Assembly: GCF_000018105.1 (NCBI RefSeq)
Contig: NC_009925.1
Location: forward strand, 4,350,001-4,382,000
From: Acaryochloris marina MBIC11017
GTDB taxonomy: Bacteria; Cyanobacteriota; Cyanobacteriia; Thermosynechococcales; Thermosynechococcaceae
Reading direction: 5' to 3'
DNA: 32,000 bases
In this document: piece by piece, positions 1 to 8,911 of the stretch
Layout of the letters: every line of letters starts with the position of its first letter
Numbering within the stretch: position 1 is the stretch's first letter
Program-made: the position numbers and the translations under genes
The notes under the pieces: generated by a model
Told to the model about the DNA's origin: nothing
The model's input: the letters and a program-made list of their open reading frames with translations, nothing else
Databases searched by the model: none

Positions 1-149
1 CGTGACCTGCTCAAAAATCCAAGATGTCAGAAGCTCAGCGCTATCTGTGCAACCTGAATTAAAGGGTTCAGGCGTCTGACTGATATAGATCTCCCTGATA
101 GCGCTACCCTAGAGATCTCGCGAGGAGCGGTATTCTCCAGTCATTCCCT

Positions 150-1631
150 ATGAACTCCGGTTTCCCTAACCCTTATGCCTTTGAACATTCTGATCCAGAG
201 ACCTTAGAAGCTGAACTGGATCAGACCATTCAGGACTTTGAGCAAATGCAGGCAGAATTGGGGTATCAGCAAGCCCATTCTGCTCTAGAGACCTTGGTGG
301 ATAAGCTGGATCTCTCTCCCCGAGAGCGAGCGGGACTAGAAACCGAAATCAATTCCCTGCAATCCATGCTCGACAAGCTAGAAAAACAGGTGGTTCATAT
401 CGCTGTGTTTGGCATGGTCAGTCGAGGCAAATCTTCCCTCCTCAATGCCTTGTTGGGACAGGCCGTGTTTGCCACCGGGCCGGTGCATGGGGTGACGCAA
501 CAGAGCCAGCAGGCCAGCTGGTTTGTGGATCAAGACTCTGGCGAAGAGGCCATTCGCGTCTCTTTGCAAGGGGTGGGGCAATCCCGGATTGAGCTGATAG
601 ACACCCCTGGGATTGATGAAGTCGATGGTGAGGTGCGAGAGCGGCTGGCCCGCCAAATTGCCCAGCAGGCCGATTTGATTTTATTTGTGATTGCGGGGGA
701 TATGACCAAAGTCGAGTTTGAGGCTCTATCGGAGTTGCGGCAGGCCAGTAAACCGATTCTGCTAGTGTTCAACAAAGTCGACCAATATCCCGAAGCAGAT
801 CGCAACGCCATTTACGAAAAAATTCGAGATGAGCGAGTGCGAGAGCTGCTGTCTGCCGATGAGATTGTCATGGCCTCGGCAGCCCCCCTGGTGGCCCAAG
901 CCATCCAATATCCTGATGGGCGCTTGGGGGCAGAACTGGTGCCCGGCCCCCCCCAAGTCCAGGATCTAAAGTTGAAAATCCTAGAAGTGCTGGAGCGAGA
1001 AGGTAAGTCACTGGTGGCCCTGAATACCATGCTCTATGCCGATGATATTAACGAGCAGCTGATTGAGCGGAAGATGCGGATCCGCGATCGCAGTGCGAAT
1101 CAGATTATTTGGCGCGGCGTCATGGCCAAAGCGGTCGCCATTGCCCTTAATCCCGTTACCGTTGTGGATGTGCTCAGCAGTGCCGCCATCGACATCGCCA
1201 TGATTCTGACCCTTTCAAAGCTTTATGGCATTTCCATGACCCAAAAAGGAGCCGTCGATTTACTACGCAAAATTGCCTTAACAATGGGCGGCGTTGGTGC
1301 TACGGAACTATTAACCACTCTAGGGCTAAGTTCCCTCAAAGGACTCTTAAGCTTAGCGGCTCCAGCAACCGGGGGAGCCTCCCTGTTGCCCTACGTTTCT
1401 GTGGCCGTTTCTCAAGCAGCTGTGGCGGGGGTTTCTTCCTATGGCATTGGTGAAGTTACCAAACGGTACCTCGTCAATGGGGCCTCCTGGGGACCCAATG
1501 GGCCAAAAACCGTGGTTAATGAGATTCTCTCTTCCCTCGATCAGGCCACTATTTTGAACCGGATCAAAACCGAGCTGCAGGAAAAACTAGATATTGCTGA
1601 TGACAGCACATCTATGGTGGAAGAGGGCTAA
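150..1631 (+). CDS. GTP-binding protein: acidic coiled-coil N-terminus, Era/EngA-like P-loop GTPase domain, C-terminal DUF697/YcjF-like hydrophobic domain
   Basis: ATG at 150 opens a 493-aa ORF. G1 GMVSRGKSS, G3 DTPGID and G4 NKVD occur in canonical order. The C-terminal third is Gly/Ala/Leu-rich and hydrophobic (AVAIALNPV..., GGVGATELL..., AAVAGVSSYG), as in DUF697-type domains. Call from motif recognition only. Confidence 0.85.
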   Translation: MNSGFPNPYAFEHSDPETLEAELDQTIQDFEQMQAELGYQQAHSALETLVDKLDLSPRERAGLETEINSLQSMLDKLEKQVVHIAVFGMVSRGKSSLLNALLGQAVFATGPVHGVTQQSQQASWFVDQDSGEEAIRVSLQGVGQSRIELIDTPGIDEVDGEVRERLARQIAQQADLILFVIAGDMTKVEFEALSELRQASKPILLVFNKVDQYPEADRNAIYEKIRDERVRELLSADEIVMASAAPLVAQAIQYPDGRLGAELVPGPPQVQDLKLKILEVLEREGKSLVALNTMLYADDINEQLIERKMRIRDRSANQIIWRGVMAKAVAIALNPVTVVDVLSSAAIDIAMILTLSKLYGISMTQKGAVDLLRKIALTMGGVGATELLTTLGLSSLKGLLSLAAPATGGASLLPYVSVAVSQAAVAGVSSYGIGEVTKRYLVNGASWGPNGPKTVVNEILSSLDQATILNRIKTELQEKLDIADDSTSMVEEG

Positions 1632-1634
1632 CCC

Positions 1635-2924
1635 CTATTCTGGAGGAGTGGCCGCGTCTGCTCCTGTAATTTCGATGGTGTCATTAACTTGAAGTTTGCC
1701 CTGGTCATCAATGCTCCAAATGTCATAGCTTCCCGTGACGTCGCCTTGAGGGTTTAGATCAACGGTGCCGCTGGCCCCCTGATAGTTGATGGTTTTCCCT
1801 TCCCGTAATAAGGCTAAAGCTTCACAGACATCCGTCACTTCTTCGCCCGGGGCATTGGCGACTGCTTGTAGCTGTTCTCGGATGCCAGTACCGGTGGGCT
1901 CCTTGGCGGCCTCGGCAGCCAGAACTAGAAGGGCCGTCGCATCCCAAGTATTAGGGTCAAAGACACTGGGCTCTCGCTGAAACGCGTCTTGATACCGTTT
2001 TTGAAAGGCTACTAAGGCAGGGCCACCCGCACTGGGAGCCGTCCCCAGCATCCCGGACACTAAATATTCCCCTTGGGCATTTTTACCCACTAAATCGGCA
2101 AGACTGGTCTCTTTCATGCCATCAGTGGTGATTAATGCCGTGTTTCCATCTAAGAACCCGAGTTCTTGAGCAGATTTGAGGATTAAACTGCCCGTTTCTG
2201 GATAGGAAACCAGTAGTACTGCATCGGGTTGGCCCTTAAACACCTGATTCACTTCTGTATCAAAGGTGGAGGTATTCGGATCATAGAAGGTGGGCCGAGT
2301 TTCATTGACCACCGTCCCTCCCATCGCTTTAAATGCGGGGATAAAGGCAGACACTAAGCCATTGCCATAGTCATTATTGATGGCCAAAATAGCGACAGAC
2401 TTGTACCCTTTCTGCTTGGCCAATTGGGCGAGGGCCTGACTCTGAAAGGTGTCAGGCGGTGCCGTTCGGGCCCAAAAGCCTTCAAATTCGCCTTTTTCGG
2501 CCCGTTCAGTAAACACAGGACTGGTACTGGCCGGAGAGATTTGGACAACTTGACCCCGAACTGCAATGGGAAGTGCCGCGCTAGATGATGCACTAGAGGC
2601 TGCTCCCACCACTCCCACGACCTGATCAGCCTCAACGAGTTTAGTCATGGCTTGGGTGCCTTGGGCGGGATCCGTTTGAGTATCCGCACTGATAAGGGTG
2701 ACCGGTTTCCCCAACACTCCATCACAGGCATTCACGGTTTTGATTAACAAGTTGGCCGTTTCTTGCATCGGTGTGCCATATTGCGCCAAGTCGCCGGTAA
2801 TCGGCAATAGCGTGCCTAGTTTGAGGCCGTCTCCGGTCGAGTCAGGGGCGGATAATTGACATCCTGAGATGGCAGCACAACAAAGCCCTAAAGCTGCCCC
2901 TGAAACTAAACGTTGACGAAGCAT
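1635..2924 (-). CDS. Periplasmic substrate-binding lipoprotein of a branched-chain/neutral amino-acid ABC transporter (LivJ/NatB-like, type I binding fold)
   Basis: The track ORF starts at a GTG (2942). The ATG at 2924 is preceded by GGGAGG and gives MLRQRLVSGAALGLCCAAISGC, a signal peptide plus lipobox. The body has Leu/Ile/Val-binding-protein character (LPITGDLAQYG, GVVGAASS, AILAINNDYG). No permease or ATPase gene is adjacent, as is usual for cyanobacterial natB. Confidence 0.85.
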   Translation of the reverse strand: MLRQRLVSGAALGLCCAAISGCQLSAPDSTGDGLKLGTLLPITGDLAQYGTPMQETANLLIKTVNACDGVLGKPVTLISADTQTDPAQGTQAMTKLVEADQVVGVVGAASSASSSAALPIAVRGQVVQISPASTSPVFTERAEKGEFEGFWARTAPPDTFQSQALAQLAKQKGYKSVAILAINNDYGNGLVSAFIPAFKAMGGTVVNETRPTFYDPNTSTFDTEVNQVFKGQPDAVLLVSYPETGSLILKSAQELGFLDGNTALITTDGMKETSLADLVGKNAQGEYLVSGMLGTAPSAGGPALVAFQKRYQDAFQREPSVFDPNTWDATALLVLAAEAAKEPTGTGIREQLQAVANAPGEEVTDVCEALALLREGKTINYQGASGTVDLNPQGDVTGSYDIWSIDDQGKLQVNDTIEITGADAATPPE

Positions 2925-3166
2925 GACCAACCTCCCGAGCACCGAATATCAACCATGAGTTGATGAGACCAGAAAATTCAATCACCAGCTTAGTCGACTC
3001 ACTTCCGCTTCTCCTAGTCCTGCTACAAAGCTTTAATTTGCCCTAGCTTGACGAGAGGCGCTTGGAGACCCGCATGGCCCCAAATTGCGACCATTCACCA
3101 TATTTTCACTGGGGGTTTGTATCGTAATACACAGTTTTGATTTGGGATATCCCCCGGAGGATCAGC

Positions 3167-3532
3167 ATGAAAATAAAAGCGCTTGCCGCTATGAGTCTGG
3201 GCCTGTGTTTGCTGCTACCGACAGCCTCGACCCTGGCTCAATCTGAATCGGATTCGATGCCCATCACTCCTACTCCTGATGGTTCGATGACACCAGATGC
3301 GCCCCCCGAGGCAGCTCCCCCTGTAGAAACCGAAGCTGCGCCCCCCGAAGAAAGCATCACACCAGAGAGCGCTTCACCCACTGAAGGCGCTGAACCAGAT
3401 GCCAATATTGGTGGTGCAGAAGATGGCGCTAAGTTAGTCACCTGTGGCCCTAATGGTTCTGCTGTGGTCGCGATGTCGGTTCGCCCTGGCTGCCACTTGC
3501 TGAAGGTGAACTCCCCCCCCGGTGTTAAGTAA
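3167..3532 (+). CDS. Small secreted Pro/Glu/Ala-rich protein of unknown function
   Basis: The ATG at 3167 is preceded by GGAGGA; the track start at 3137 is a TTG. MKIKALAAMSLGLCLLLPTASTLA|QSE is a good signal peptide. A low-complexity P/E/A region follows, then a short C-terminal segment with two Cys. No family recognised. Confidence 0.55.
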   Translation: MKIKALAAMSLGLCLLLPTASTLAQSESDSMPITPTPDGSMTPDAPPEAAPPVETEAAPPEESITPESASPTEGAEPDANIGGAEDGAKLVTCGPNGSAVVAMSVRPGCHLLKVNSPPGVK

Positions 3533-4119
3533 GCACTCCTGAATCATCAGAGCAAAGCTAATGAATTGGCATTCTGGTGGTCTGGAAATGTTATTCACGT
3601 TTTCTTCACAAAGTTAGATAACTATCTCTAGGCTTTGAGTAGAAACCCATCGCCTGAATTGTTCTGAAGGCTTTGATGTTTATGTAAGCTATCTTTACTG
3701 AACAAAGGTCTAATCTTTCGGCCACAAGACTATACCTTTGTTCAATAAAGAAAAACTTATTCGTTAGTTTTTAGTGATTACTTTTTTTTACTATCAAAAA
3801 TGGCCGGACTTTGATCAAATGGCGCAAAGTAGCTTTGTAGACTGAGCATCCGAGTAACGCAGGATTAAATATATCAATCTCGCTACTGAAGATTTTATTT
3901 ACAAAAATAAATAATTTGCTGCCCTTATTCTTGCATAATGCAAATTAATGAGTGCTTTCAGAGTTTTCTAAGAAAACTCTAATTTTTTTCCTTAGAAATT
4001 TTTGCTAGGCTAAGAAGAGTGAATCAAAGATTTGAGTATTAATCAGGCCATCGCTTATCCCCATGTTGAATCCGCGAAGTGGCGATGCCTAAATTCATCT
4101 TAATTAAAGATCAAGGGGT

Positions 4120-4500
4120 ATGACTATGAACGTTCAAGACATCCACCAATATTTCAAAAACCCTCCTCCCGTTTACATTACTAAAGAAGTAGCTGTTTGC
4201 TATATCTTGACGGTTTTGTTGGAAGAAGGAGATTCCTATGGCACGGCTCTCCTGAAGCATATTCGAGCCAATCACCCTCCCTATCGAATTTCTGATACGG
4301 TGCTGTATGCTGCCCTCAATTTCCTTATTGATGAGGAGATGCTGAGTGGCTATTGGCAAAATGAGTCCGGTCGAGGTCGACCTCGGCGGATGTATCAAGT
4401 TGCCGAGGGACGGGAAGAGGATGCTAAAAACTTGTCCCAATTGTGGCTAAAGTTTCTAGGGAAGGATCCTGCCTTAACAGAGTCTTTAGTGTTGACTTAA
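4120..4500 (+). CDS. PadR-family winged-helix transcriptional regulator
   Basis: 126-aa ORF with AAGGGG upstream of the ATG. GDSYGTALLKHI...VLYAALNFLIDEEMLSGYWQNESGRGRPRRMYQV matches the PadR pattern (YGYEL...LYPAL.RLE..GLI......GR.RK.Y). The gene and its upstream region are visibly more A/T-rich than the neighbours. Confidence 0.7.
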   Translation: MTMNVQDIHQYFKNPPPVYITKEVAVCYILTVLLEEGDSYGTALLKHIRANHPPYRISDTVLYAALNFLIDEEMLSGYWQNESGRGRPRRMYQVAEGREEDAKNLSQLWLKFLGKDPALTESLVLT

Positions 4501-4530
4501 TTCCCCTTAGACCTTGATTGAATGAGCTTT

Positions 4531-4565
4531 CGGCTGGAACTTACCTGGGTTCCAGCCGTCTTAAT
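4531..4565 (+). terminator. Possible intrinsic terminator after the PadR-like gene
   Basis: CGGCTGGAAC (4531-4540) pairs with GTTCCAGCCG (4549-4558) across an 8-nt loop. The trailing TCTTAATATC is only a weak U-tract. Confidence 0.35.
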
Positions 4566-4747
4566 ATCAACGTGGGATTTGAATATTTTATTCCCCCGGG
4601 GCATGACTTGACAGACGAGTGATCGATGTTAAGGTTTAACTCTGCTATGTGCATACTCAAGGCATATAAGCACGGGTTTGAGGTCACGAATATCGGGTTT
4701 GCTTGAACTCACGCACATTCAAATTTCTGAGCAATTAGAGAGGAGCT

Positions 4748-5551
4748 ATGAAAGGATTAATTCGCTGGGGTCTGATAGTTAGCCTGGCTGGAGGTGGCTT
4801 TGTCGGTACCTCTCTAGTGCAGCAAGAAGCTGCGATCGCAATTCCTGAAGCGGAAGCAGTAAAGCGCCTCGAAACGGTTCCTACTTTTGCAGTGACAGAT
4901 GAGAAAGGATCCCCCGTTCTCGCCGCTGTCCCGAATCCAAAAGATAAGACCAAAAAGATCCAGGTGGCGACGTTCTTTATGAGCCAAACGGATGCTCAAA
5001 ATTTGGTCAATAACTTAAAAGCTAACAAGCCTGACATTGGTAAGTCGGCCCGAGTGACGCTGATTTCGCTACGGGATGCCTATGAAATCACAAAGAAGAA
5101 TAAGGATAAGCAGGACCAACTGGTGTTCCAATTTATCCCCAATAAAGAGCAAGTCGATCTGGCCAAAGCCATCCTCAAGCAGGAAGGTCAAGATGTTAAG
5201 CAGTTTCAGGGCGTTCCCATGTTCTTCGCCATTGGCGGCAAAGAGAAGGGATTGCTGACGATTGAGCAGGGCAAAGAGAAGATCATCCCCTTCTATTTCC
5301 GCAAGCAAGATTTGCAGGGCATGATCGACCAGCTCAAGAAGCAAAATAACCCCCTGAGCGGTACCACCAAAATTCAGGTGACGTCCTTGGATCGACTGGT
5401 GGGTTCTTTGTTCAAGTCTGAAGATGCTACCGCTAAGCAAATTGTGCTGATTCCGGCCCGAGATGCCTTAGAGTATGCTGTTCAGCAGCAGAAGAAAAAT
5501 GGCGCTCAGCAGAAGCCTAGTGCAACCCCAGCGGCAACCCCTAAGAAGTAA
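4748..5551 (+). CDS. Tic22-like periplasmic/thylakoid-lumen chaperone family protein
   Basis: The ATG at 4748 follows GAGAGGAG, and an N-terminal signal-like segment is present. Two repeats of the Tic22 pattern are seen: VPTFAVTDEKGSPVL...VATFFMSQTDAQNLVNNLK and GVPMFFAIGG...IIPFYFRKQDLQGMIDQLKK. These resemble cyanobacterial Tic22 homologues as I recall them. Confidence 0.8.
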   Translation: MKGLIRWGLIVSLAGGGFVGTSLVQQEAAIAIPEAEAVKRLETVPTFAVTDEKGSPVLAAVPNPKDKTKKIQVATFFMSQTDAQNLVNNLKANKPDIGKSARVTLISLRDAYEITKKNKDKQDQLVFQFIPNKEQVDLAKAILKQEGQDVKQFQGVPMFFAIGGKEKGLLTIEQGKEKIIPFYFRKQDLQGMIDQLKKQNNPLSGTTKIQVTSLDRLVGSLFKSEDATAKQIVLIPARDALEYAVQQQKKNGAQQKPSATPAATPKK

Positions 5552-6458
5552 CGCCTTCCAGGTCTCGGGTCAGAGACTTTGGCAATGGTATCAACAAGCG
5601 ATCGCAAATCTGTCTCAAGAACAGGAGCGATCGCTTGTTGATTTAAGGCAGGAATTGGATTGGCTGTTGTTAGAGATCTCTAACCTTACCCCTCTAGATT
5701 TGAAGTTAACGCCATCTGCGCCCCCGATCGTTCAGATGCAGGTGTCTTTAGAAGAACTGCAGCAGCTCTGGCAGCAACGACTGACTGAGAATAAGCCGGT
5801 TCAACATCTGACGGGGACAACCCATTGGCGTCAGTTTCATTTACAGGTATCAAAGGATGTCCTGATTCCTCGTCCAGAAACAGAATTGTTGATTGACTTG
5901 GTTGTGGATGCCGCTCAAAATTCTGCGCGTTTAGATCACTTGAATTTATGGGCCGATCTGGGTACGGGGAGTGGGGCCATTGCTTTGGGGTTAGCGACGG
6001 CTTTTCCCCAAGGGACTGTGCATACTGTGGACTGTAGTCGGGAAGCGTTAGCGGTTGCTCAACGTAATAGCCAGACCTATGGCCTAGATCCGCAAATCCA
6101 CTTTCATTGGGGACAGTGGTTTGGACCTTTAGTAGGGTTAGAAGGTCAATTTTCTGGGATTGTCAGTAATCCGCCCTATATTCCGACGGAGATTTTACCG
6201 ACCCTGCAGCCTGAAGTGTTTGAGCATGAACCCCATCTGGCCTTGGATGGTGGTGAAGATGGATTAGATGCGATACAGGAGATTGTTGCGATCGCACCCC
6301 AATACCTCCAACCTGGTGGTTTCTTACTCCTGGAGATGATGTGTGGCCAAGATGCAGCCGTTAAAACACTCCTTATCAACCAAGGCCAGTACGAACAGAT
6401 TCAAATTCATCCAGATTTAGCGGGTATTCCTCGATTTGCCCAAGCCTATCGAATATAA
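5499..6458 (+). CDS. prmC: Peptide chain release factor N5-glutamine methyltransferase (PrmC/HemK)
   Basis: SAM-binding motif DLGTGSGAIALGLA and catalytic IVSNPPYIP (NPPY) are present, and the N-terminal HemK-type helical domain starts around LWQWYQQA. There is no ATG/GTG/TTG after the tic22-like stop (5551). The start must therefore be 5475, 5499 (both ATG) or 5520 (GTG), overlapping the upstream gene by 32-77 nt. Confidence 0.85.
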   Translation: MALSRSLVQPQRQPLRSNAFQVSGQRLWQWYQQAIANLSQEQERSLVDLRQELDWLLLEISNLTPLDLKLTPSAPPIVQMQVSLEELQQLWQQRLTENKPVQHLTGTTHWRQFHLQVSKDVLIPRPETELLIDLVVDAAQNSARLDHLNLWADLGTGSGAIALGLATAFPQGTVHTVDCSREALAVAQRNSQTYGLDPQIHFHWGQWFGPLVGLEGQFSGIVSNPPYIPTEILPTLQPEVFEHEPHLALDGGEDGLDAIQEIVAIAPQYLQPGGFLLLEMMCGQDAAVKTLLINQGQYEQIQIHPDLAGIPRFAQAYRI

Positions 6459-6482
6459 GTTACGGTTCGAGTAGCAGTATTT

Positions 6483-6887
6483 GTGACGACCATGACCATT
6501 CTGGAGCGCCTTCAAGCAGACTACGACCGTTTCCCCGAGAATCAGTCTTTTGACTTGTATGCAGAGGATGTTTACTTCAAAGATCCCCTCAACCAGTTCC
6601 GTGGGGTTGCCAAGTATCAAGAAATGATTGGCTTTATCCAGAAGTGGTTTATCAATACCCGGATGGAAGTGCATGGAATTGAGCAGCAGGACAACGAGAT
6701 TAATACCCGTTGGACCTTGTATTGGCAAGCACCCTTCCCCTGGAAACCGCAGATGGCCATTACGGGCCGTAGCGAACTGAAGCTCAACGATGCAGGGTTA
6801 GTGTGTAGCCATATCGATTATTGGGATTGTTCGCGTTTCTCGGTGTTTAAACAACTCTTTTTCCCAGTCTCATCGTCTACCTTGTAG
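6483..6887 (+). CDS. Small NTF2/SnoaL-like protein (DUF2358-like), conserved in cyanobacteria and plants
   Basis: 134-aa ORF starting at GTG 6483 or ATG 6492. DYDRFPENQSFDLYAEDVYFKDPLNQFRGVAKYQ...W resembles the DUF2358 family as I recall it. The family assignment is tentative. Confidence 0.6.
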   Translation: MTTMTILERLQADYDRFPENQSFDLYAEDVYFKDPLNQFRGVAKYQEMIGFIQKWFINTRMEVHGIEQQDNEINTRWTLYWQAPFPWKPQMAITGRSELKLNDAGLVCSHIDYWDCSRFSVFKQLFFPVSSSTL

Positions 6888-6910
6888 ATAGGCGGTTAGC
6901 AAGGTGGGGT

Positions 6911-8008
6911 ATGGAAATCGGTTTACCGAAAGAAATCAAGGATCAAGAATTTCGTGTTGGTCTTAGCCCTGCTAGCGTTCAATCTTTATGTCAGCAAGGT
7001 CACCAAGTTTTTGTCGAGACCCATGCTGGGATAGGGGCAGGCTTTCCAGATGAGGACTATTTGCAGGCTGGGGCCAAGATCGTCACCACTTCCGATCAAG
7101 CCTGGAACCGTGAGCTAGTCGTCAAAGTTAAAGAACCTTTGCCAGCAGAGTATGGTTTGCTGCAGTCGGGGCAACTTCTATTTACCTATCTGCACTTAGC
7201 GGCAGATCGCACCTTGACGGAGCAGTTAATACAAACCAATGTGAGTGCGATCGCCTATGAAACGGTAGAAGTAACCTTACCCGATCGCATTTCCCTCCCC
7301 CTACTGACTCCCATGAGTGTGATCGCCGGTCGCCTCTCCATTCAATTTGGCGCGCGGTTTCTGGAGCGACAACAAGGCGGGCGAGGCGTCTTACTAGGGG
7401 GAATTCCCGGGGTTAAACCTGGCAAAGTGGTGATTCTCGGTGGCGGTGTGGTGGGCACAGAAGCGGCTCGTATTGCCGTTGGCATGGGGGCTCAAGTCAC
7501 GATTTTGGATATTAATGTGGAACGGCTTTCCTATTTAGAGACCCTCTTTGGCTCTCGGGTAGAGTTACTGTACAGCAGCTCCCGACATCTAGAGCAGGTA
7601 TTACCCACTGCTGATCTATTGGTTGGTGCTGTTCTTGTACCTGGCAAACGGGCTCCAATCTTAGTGTCTCGTGCATTAGTCCAGAAAATGGCGGCGGGTT
7701 CGGTAATTGTGGATGTGGCAGTCGATCAAGGCGGCTGTATCGAAACACTGCACACGACCTCTCACACTGATCCAGTCTATGAAGCCGAGGGGGTTCTCCA
7801 TTATGGAGTTCCCAATATGCCGGGGGCAGTACCGTGGACAGCGACGCAAGCTTTAAACCACAGTACCTTCCCGTTTGTGGCCAAGCTTGCCAACCATGGC
7901 TTAAAGGCTCTTGAAAAAGATGCTGCCTTGCAAAAGGGTTTGAATGTTTATCAGCAACGTTTGGTTCACCCGGCAGTTCAGCAAGTGTTCCCCGACTTAG
8001 CTGCCTAA
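6911..8008 (+). CDS. ald: Alanine dehydrogenase
   Basis: 365 aa. The N-terminus MEIGLPKEIKDQEFRVGLSPASV is characteristic. The Rossmann motif VVILGGGVVGTEAARIAVGMGAQVTILD is present, and so is VDVAVDQGGCIETL...HYGVPNMPGAVP, typical of AlaDH. Confidence 0.9.
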   Translation: MEIGLPKEIKDQEFRVGLSPASVQSLCQQGHQVFVETHAGIGAGFPDEDYLQAGAKIVTTSDQAWNRELVVKVKEPLPAEYGLLQSGQLLFTYLHLAADRTLTEQLIQTNVSAIAYETVEVTLPDRISLPLLTPMSVIAGRLSIQFGARFLERQQGGRGVLLGGIPGVKPGKVVILGGGVVGTEAARIAVGMGAQVTILDINVERLSYLETLFGSRVELLYSSSRHLEQVLPTADLLVGAVLVPGKRAPILVSRALVQKMAAGSVIVDVAVDQGGCIETLHTTSHTDPVYEAEGVLHYGVPNMPGAVPWTATQALNHSTFPFVAKLANHGLKALEKDAALQKGLNVYQQRLVHPAVQQVFPDLAA

Positions 8009-8075
8009 ATCAGCTCTGGGGGAGCGGCTCAACGGTATGCTGAAAGGGAAGTCTTGAGTGGTTGGGCGCGAACCT

Positions 8076-8903
8076 ATGTCCCATGCTGGTGAATTAAATC
8101 CTGAGTCTGATTTGGTCTTGGTGGTTGGTGCCACAGGCGGGGTGGGGCAATTGACAGTGGGAGAACTCCTAGCCCAAAACATCAAGGTGCGAGTTCTATC
8201 CCGCAGTGAAGATAAGGCCCGGCAGATGTTTGCCGATCAAGTCGATATTGTGGTGGGAGATACCCGCGAGGCAGACACTTTACCGGCGGCGATGCCCGGT
8301 GTAACCCATATTATTTCCTGCACCGGCAGCACGGCCTTCCCCACAGCTCGGTGGGAATTTCGAGCAGCGTCAACTCGGTGGGAATGGTTTAAGCGATATG
8401 CCAGACCCAGCTATTGTCGAGCGCAAGCAGACAATAGTCCTGAAAAGGTGGATGCAGTGGGTGGCCAACATTTGGTTGATGCTGCGCCTCAGGATCTGAA
8501 GCGGTTTCTGCTGGTCTCTGCTTGTGGCATTGAACGTAAAGATAAGCTGCCCTTCAGTATTCTCAATGCTTTTGGGGTTTTGGATGCCAAGCTGGTGGGT
8601 GAAACGGCGCTCCGTGAGTCAGGCTTGCCCTATACGATTGTGCGTCCTGGCCGCCTGATCGATGGCCCCTATACGTCCTACGATTTGAATACGTTGTTGA
8701 AAGCGAAAACGGAAAGTCAGTTAGGGATTGTCGTTGGCACGGGAGATCAGCTCTCAGGAGAAACGAGTCGGATTGACTTGGCAGCGGCCTGTGTCGCCTG
8801 TCTACAGAATTCCCACACGGAGGGCAAAGTTTTTGAAATAATGAGTGAGGGGGCTCGACCTAGCACCATTGACTGGAACACTCTATTTTCGGAACTGATC
8901 TAG
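8076..8903 (+). CDS. NAD(P)-binding atypical SDR (NmrA/Tic62-like, NAD(P)H-binding family)
   Basis: Start is ATG 8076, or GTG 8058 as in the track. The Rossmann motif VLVVGATGGVGQ is followed by VRVLSR, and the late motif YTIVRPGRL is typical of this extended/atypical SDR group. Confidence 0.8.
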   Translation: MSHAGELNPESDLVLVVGATGGVGQLTVGELLAQNIKVRVLSRSEDKARQMFADQVDIVVGDTREADTLPAAMPGVTHIISCTGSTAFPTARWEFRAASTRWEWFKRYARPSYCRAQADNSPEKVDAVGGQHLVDAAPQDLKRFLLVSACGIERKDKLPFSILNAFGVLDAKLVGETALRESGLPYTIVRPGRLIDGPYTSYDLNTLLKAKTESQLGIVVGTGDQLSGETSRIDLAAACVACLQNSHTEGKVFEIMSEGARPSTIDWNTLFSELI

Positions 8904-8911
8904 CCCCAACA

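Noticed and set aside
378-1030. Four antisense ORFs (64-93 aa) inside the GTPase-DUF697 gene.
   Set aside because: They lie entirely within a strongly supported + strand gene. Their composition is Arg/Ser/Pro-rich, typical of antisense frames, and they carry no motifs.
3118-3131. Palindrome TGTAT-CGTA-ATACA about 35 nt upstream of the secreted-protein ATG, considered as an NtcA/CRP-type site.
   Set aside because: NtcA sites are GTA-N8-TAC. Here the GTA/TAC half-sites are only 6 nt apart, so the spacing does not fit, and no -10 box in the correct register was evident.
4111-4440. 109-aa ORF antisense to the PadR-like gene.
   Set aside because: The + strand frame carries the recognisable PadR winged-helix pattern and a Shine-Dalgarno sequence. 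The antisense frame has no recognisable features.
5475-5551. Possible frameshift or fusion between the Tic22-like gene and prmC.
   Set aside because: The two reading frames differ and the Tic22-like frame ends with a clean stop. An ordinary overlapping start explains the arrangement.
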